From positions 1 through 39,409 of the forward strand of contig JAQCGR010000001.1 of the NCBI GenBank assembly GCA_027619995.1: a stretch of DNA of 39,409 bases. The letters run 5' to 3'. The notes under the pieces are model-generated. The model saw only the letters and a list, made by a program, of their open reading frames with translations. It was not told the origin of the DNA and searched no databases. The position numbers were made by a program, and so were the translations under genes. The stretch's first letter is position 1; each line of letters starts with the position of its first letter. This document shows, one piece after another, positions 35,831-39,409 of this stretch. This DNA comes from Pseudomonadota bacterium. Its GTDB lineage: Bacteria; Pseudomonadota; Alphaproteobacteria; CADEGL01.

Positions 35831-36280
35831 ATGAACATTATCGAACAGATCGAGGCCGAGCAGACCGCGAAGCTGGTCGCGAATCGCGCGGTGCCCGATT
35901 TCGATGCGGGCTCCACCCTGCGCGTCCACGTCAAGGTCGTGGAAGGCACGCGCGAGCGTGTCCAGGTCTTCGAAGGGGTGTGCATCGCGCGCAAGAACGC
36001 GGGGCTCAATTCCGCCTTCACCGTGCGCAAGGTCAGCTATGGCGAAGGCGTCGAGCGCGTCTTCCCGCTGCACAGCCCGCGCATCGACCGGATCGAGGTG
36101 GTGCGCCACGGCAAGGTGCGGCGCGCCAAGCTCTATTACCTGCGCGGCCTGACCGGCAAGCGCGCCCGCATCGCCGAGCGCGCGAAGACCCGCATCGGCA
36201 AGAGCGTGGAGGTCGTTGCGCCCCCCGCTGCCACCGCCGCTGCGGCTTCCGTCGAGGCCCCCGGCGCGACCAAGAAATAG
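35831..36280 (+). CDS. rplS: 50S ribosomal protein L19, 149 aa
   Basis: Contains [22 protein letters not shown] and [11 protein letters not shown]. It has an Ala-rich C-terminal tail. Confidence 0.96.
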   Translation: MNIIEQIEAEQTAKLVANRAVPDFDAGSTLRVHVKVVEGTRERVQVFEGVCIARKNAGLNSAFTVRKVSYGEGVERVFPLHSPRIDRIEVVRHGKVRRAKLYYLRGLTGKRARIAERAKTRIGKSVEVVAPPAATAAAASVEAPGATKK

Positions 36281-36308
36281 CCTGGAACGCCAAACCAGGA
36301 GCGAGAGC

Positions 36309-37718
36309 ATGAGTAGGCCGCGCACCCTGTTCGACAAGATCTGGGACAGTCATGTCGTCGATACCCAGGAGGATGGCACATGCCTCCTCTATATCGACCG
36401 GCACCTGGTCCATGAGGTGACCAGCCCGCAGGCCTTTGAAGGCCTGCGCACGACCGGCCGCGCCGTGCGCCGGCCCGACGCGACCCTGGCCGTGCCCGAT
36501 CACAACGTGCCGACGACGGACCGCTCCCAGGGCGTGGATGACGAGGAATCGCGCATCCAGCTCGACGCGCTGGAGACCAACTGCGCCGAATTCGGCGTGC
36601 CCTATATCCCGGTCACCGATATCCGCCAGGGCATCGTCCATATCATCGGGCCCGAGCAGGGCATGACCCAGCCGGGCATGACCATCGTCTGCGGCGACAG
36701 CCATACCTCGACCCACGGCGCTTTCGGCGCCCTGGCCTTCGGCATCGGGACCAGCGAGGTCGAGCACGTCCTGGCGACCCAGACCCTGATCCAGCGCCCG
36801 GCCAAGAACATGCGGATCACGGTCGATGGTGCTCTGCCCGCCGGGGTCACGGCCAAGGACATGACTCTTGCCATCATCGGCAAGATCGGCACGGCCGGCG
36901 GCACCGGCCATGTCATCGAATATGCCGGCGAGGCGGTCCGCGCCCTCTCGATGGAGGGGCGCATGACCATGTGCAACATGTCGATCGAGGCGGGCGCGCG
37001 TGCCGGCCTGGTGGCGCCCGACGAAACCACCTTCGCCTATCTCAAGGGCCGGCCCATGGCGCCCAAGGGCGGCCAGTGGGAGCAGGCCGTGACCTATTGG
37101 AGGAGCCTGCCCTCGGACGAGGGCGCGGTTTATGACAAGGAAGTCACCCTGCGCGCGGCGGATATCGCGCCCCAGGTGACCTGGGGCACCAGCCCGCAGG
37201 ACGTCCTGCCGATCACCGGCTCGGTGCCGGACCCGGCGGCGATCGCCGATGCCGCGCATCGCGAATCGATGGAGCGTTCGCTCGACTATATGGGGCTGAC
37301 GGCGGGCACGCCGCTCTCCGAGATCGCGGTCGACACGGTCTTCATCGGCTCCTGCACCAATGGCCGGATCGAGGATCTGCGCGCCGCCGCGGCTGTCGCC
37401 AAGGGCCGGAAGGTCGCCGACGGCGTCCTGGCCCTGGTCGTGCCGGGCTCCGGCCTGGTCAAGGCCCAGGCCGAGGAAGAGGGGCTCGATGCCATCTTCA
37501 TCGCGGCCGGTTTCGAATGGCGCGAGCCCGGTTGTTCCATGTGCCTGGCAATGAATGCCGACAAGCTCAAGCCCGGCGACCGCTGCGCCTCGACCTCGAA
37601 CCGCAATTTCGAGGGCCGCCAGGGCCCCGGCGGCCGGACCCATCTGGTCAGCCCCGCCATGGCCGCCGCCGCCGCCGTCACCGGCCATCTGACCGACGTC
37701 CGCGAACTGGCGGGTTAG
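36309..37718 (+). CDS. leuC: 3-isopropylmalate dehydratase large subunit, 469 aa
   Basis: Contains [44 protein letters not shown] and CSMCLAMN. Confidence 0.97.
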   Translation: MSRPRTLFDKIWDSHVVDTQEDGTCLLYIDRHLVHEVTSPQAFEGLRTTGRAVRRPDATLAVPDHNVPTTDRSQGVDDEESRIQLDALETNCAEFGVPYIPVTDIRQGIVHIIGPEQGMTQPGMTIVCGDSHTSTHGAFGALAFGIGTSEVEHVLATQTLIQRPAKNMRITVDGALPAGVTAKDMTLAIIGKIGTAGGTGHVIEYAGEAVRALSMEGRMTMCNMSIEAGARAGLVAPDETTFAYLKGRPMAPKGGQWEQAVTYWRSLPSDEGAVYDKEVTLRAADIAPQVTWGTSPQDVLPITGSVPDPAAIADAAHRESMERSLDYMGLTAGTPLSEIAVDTVFIGSCTNGRIEDLRAAAAVAKGRKVADGVLALVVPGSGLVKAQAEEEGLDAIFIAAGFEWREPGCSMCLAMNADKLKPGDRCASTSNRNFEGRQGPGGRTHLVSPAMAAAAAVTGHLTDVRELAG

Positions 37719-37744
37719 CGTATCGGAAGACTCGGGCGAACCAG

Positions 37745-37869
37745 CCTTCGAGCCGTCGCCTTGCGGTCTCCTCAGGGTGAGGTCCGGGTCATGGTTTCCC
37801 GCATCAGGATGGGGCGAGGCCACTATTTCTCCTCACCCTGAGGAGACCGCAAAGCGGTCGTCTCGAAGG
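37745..37869. repeat. Palindromic intergenic element of the same family as 20660-20753
   Basis: The arms are 37745-37782 and 37831-37869, with a 48-nt loop. The CTCCTCAGGGTGAGG / CCTCACCCTGAGGAG cores are identical to the other copy. Confidence 0.85.
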
Positions 37870-37986
37870 GTGATTTGGCGCGATGCTGTCGTCGCCAGCT
37901 ACCCGACCTCCGGCCTGGACGTCGATACCGTACGGCCCAAGCATTCTCTCCGATGGCCGCGCCAAGCGCGGCGACAGCAAAGGGGG

Positions 37987-38490
37987 ATGCTTGTCATTAC
38001 GGCCACCGAAACGCAGGCGGCGGGTCCGGTCTATGCCGGGTTCTGGAAACGGGTTCTCGCGGCCATCGTCGACGGTATCCTGATCAACATCCCAATCGCC
38101 GTGGTCACCTACCTGGTCGCGCCGGAGGCCTTCGGTGCGACGGAGGGCGAACCGGCGACGGGCGGCGGCCTCCTCGTGATGCAGGCCGTCTCGATCCTGG
38201 TCTGGATGGCCTATAAGGGCTTCATGGAGGGCGGCGCCTCGGGTGCCACCATCGGCAAGCGTCTGCTGTCGATCAAGGTGACGCGGGTTTCCGGCGGCGC
38301 TCTCGGCGTGCCGACGGCGATCTACCGCGCCTGGCCCTATTGGGTGCCGGCGGCGGCGACCCTGCTGGGGCCGCAGCTCGGCATCATCGGCCTGGTCGGC
38401 GTGATCTCTTGTATCGTCGTTGCCTTCACGGCGAAGAAACAGGGCCTGCACGACATGATGGCCAAATGCTTGGTGGTTCGCGCGGTCTGA
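37987..38490 (+). CDS. RDD-family membrane protein, 167 aa
   Basis: Contains YAGFWKRVLAAIVDGILI, GATIGKRLL and KQGLHDMMAKCLVV. The upstream part of the track ORF (37777..) is a translation of the repeat element. Confidence 0.85.
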   Translation: MLVITATETQAAGPVYAGFWKRVLAAIVDGILINIPIAVVTYLVAPEAFGATEGEPATGGGLLVMQAVSILVWMAYKGFMEGGASGATIGKRLLSIKVTRVSGGALGVPTAIYRAWPYWVPAAATLLGPQLGIIGLVGVISCIVVAFTAKKQGLHDMMAKCLVVRAV

Positions 38491-38623
38491 CGGGGGGAAT
38501 CTGCTTGCGCGGGTTCGTTCCCATCGGATATCCAGCGACAAATTCAGGACATGAATTTGGCTTGGAGATGTGGGAATTGCGCTTCCAGGGCCCTTGATCG
38601 CAAGCTAGCCGAAGGGGGCGGCC

Positions 38624-39139
38624 ATGACCGAAAACAACGCCTTGGAACCCAGCAGCCCTGCCTATGCCGGGTTCTGGCGCCGCGTGCTCGCCTATCTCGT
38701 CGATATGGCCCTGATTGGGATTCCATGGACCGCGATCACCTGGTTCGTCGCGCCGGAGGCGTTCCGACCGGGCCCGGACGGGGAACCAGTCACCATGACC
38801 ATGATCGCCGTCGTCGTGCAGGTCGCCGGTGTCGTCGTGTGGATCCTGTACAAGGGTCTCCTTGAGGGCGGGGGGTCGGGGGCGACGGTGGGCAAGCGAA
38901 TCGTCGGTCTGCGCGTCCGAACGGCAACAGGCGAGGTGCTCGGCTTCTGGTGCGCCATCTATCGTGCCTGGCCTTACTGGATGCCAAGCTTGGTGATGCT
39001 TGCGAGCGCATACCGGGGGCCGATCTTTCTCGCGGTATGCGTCGTCGTGCTGATCTCCTATCTGTTCGTCGCCTTCACGCCACGCAAGCAGGGCCTGCAC
39101 GACATGATGGCCAAATGCCTGGTGGTGCGCGCGTCCTGA
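38624..39139 (+). CDS. RDD-family membrane protein (tandem paralog), 171 aa
   Basis: Contains YAGFWRRVLAYLVDMALI and GATVGKRIV. The C-terminus KQGLHDMMAKCLVVRA is identical to the preceding gene's. GAAGGGGG lies upstream. Confidence 0.85.
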   Translation: MTENNALEPSSPAYAGFWRRVLAYLVDMALIGIPWTAITWFVAPEAFRPGPDGEPVTMTMIAVVVQVAGVVVWILYKGLLEGGGSGATVGKRIVGLRVRTATGEVLGFWCAIYRAWPYWMPSLVMLASAYRGPIFLAVCVVVLISYLFVAFTPRKQGLHDMMAKCLVVRAS

Positions 39140-39166
39140 CGCGTCTCCGCATGGCGGGGCTTCTTA

Positions 39167-39203
39167 ATTCGGGCCGTATCTGCTAGGAAATCGGCCCGAA
39201 TTC
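39167..39203. repeat. Perfect 11-bp inverted repeat AATTCGGGCCG-N15-CGGCCCGAATT (stem-loop) between RDD-2 and leuD
   Basis: Read directly: arms at 39167-39177 and 39193-39203. No T-tract follows, so a terminator role is uncertain. Confidence 0.75.
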
Positions 39204-39226
39204 ACCCGCCAGCGGAAATGCGTGCG

Positions 39227-39409
39227 ATGGAAAAGTTCAAGACCCTGACGGCGGTGGCCGCGCCCCTGCCCATGATCAACGTCGATACCGACAAGATCAT
39301 TCCGGCGCGCTTCCTCAAGACGATCAAGCGCACGGGCCTGGGCCAGCATCTGTTCGATTCGATGCGCTACGATGCCGCGGGTGCTGAAAAGCCCGGCTTC
39401 GTGCTCAAC
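39227..39409 (+). CDS. leuD: 3-isopropylmalate dehydratase small subunit, N-terminal 61 codons (runs off the window)
   Basis: My own translation is [43 protein letters not shown].... It is absent from the ORF track because there is no stop within the window. Confidence 0.9.
   Translation, partial: MEKFKTLTAVAAPLPMINVDTDKIIPARFLKTIKRTGLGQHLFDSMRYDAAGAEKPGFVLN

Noticed and set aside
37777-37986. The upstream part of ORF 37777..38490 (…ISPHPEETAKRSSRRV…), considered as an N-terminal domain of the first RDD protein.
   Set aside because: This stretch is the translation of the palindromic repeat element (37745-37869). The RDD homology, compared with the paralog, starts right after ATG 37987.
1-39409. 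Defence islands, prophage or mobile-element genes, CRISPR-Cas, toxin-antitoxin pairs, retron or DGR-like reverse transcriptases, and rRNA or tRNA genes.
   Set aside because: - I found no integrase, transposase, nuclease/helicase/ATPase defence-type ORFs, reverse transcriptase motifs or structured RNA genes.
- Every ORF over 150 aa that is not a shadow frame is accounted for by the metabolic and housekeeping calls above.

Overview
A high-GC (roughly two-thirds G+C) chromosomal segment whose gene content and order look alphaproteobacterial, probably Rhodospirillales-like. All family calls come from motifs I recognised by eye; no searches were run.

I count about 34 real genes, and most are core housekeeping:
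- ffh-rpsP-rimM-trmD-rplS-leuC ... leuD on the + strand.
- dapF-mtaB-ftsY on the - strand.
- pgk and yciB.

The less ordinary parts are:
1. A co-directional minus-strand array: FprA-type ferredoxin-NADP reductase, 2-oxoglutarate:ferredoxin oxidoreductase KorAB, a dimethylglycine-dehydrogenase-like flavoprotein, an orphan molybdenum-hydroxylase large subunit whose start overlaps the flavoprotein stop, and an EamA exporter.
2. A divergent RpiR + GbcA/CntA-type Rieske oxygenase versus DMGDH-family + class-III aminotransferase locus. It looks like an N-methylated amine catabolic module.
3. A periplasmic PQQ sugar dehydrogenase, an unknown secreted Cys-containing protein and an SMP-30 lactonase in a row.
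4. A 501-aa His-motif-rich protein with no domain I can recognise.
5. Two tandem RDD-family membrane protein paralogs plus palindromic elements inserted between leuC and leuD.

Four intergenic palindromic repeat loci (one of them 200 bp with 25-bp terminal inverted repeats) and a 13-bp x4 tandem repeat are also present.

I found no rRNA, tRNA, CRISPR array, transposase, integrase or recognisable defence gene. The very long antisense ORFs in the track (1826 aa and 871 aa) are high-GC artefacts. No candidate is a clear-cut novel system. The strongest are the Mo-hydroxylase/DMGDH-like pair and the uncharacterised 501-aa and 232-aa proteins.
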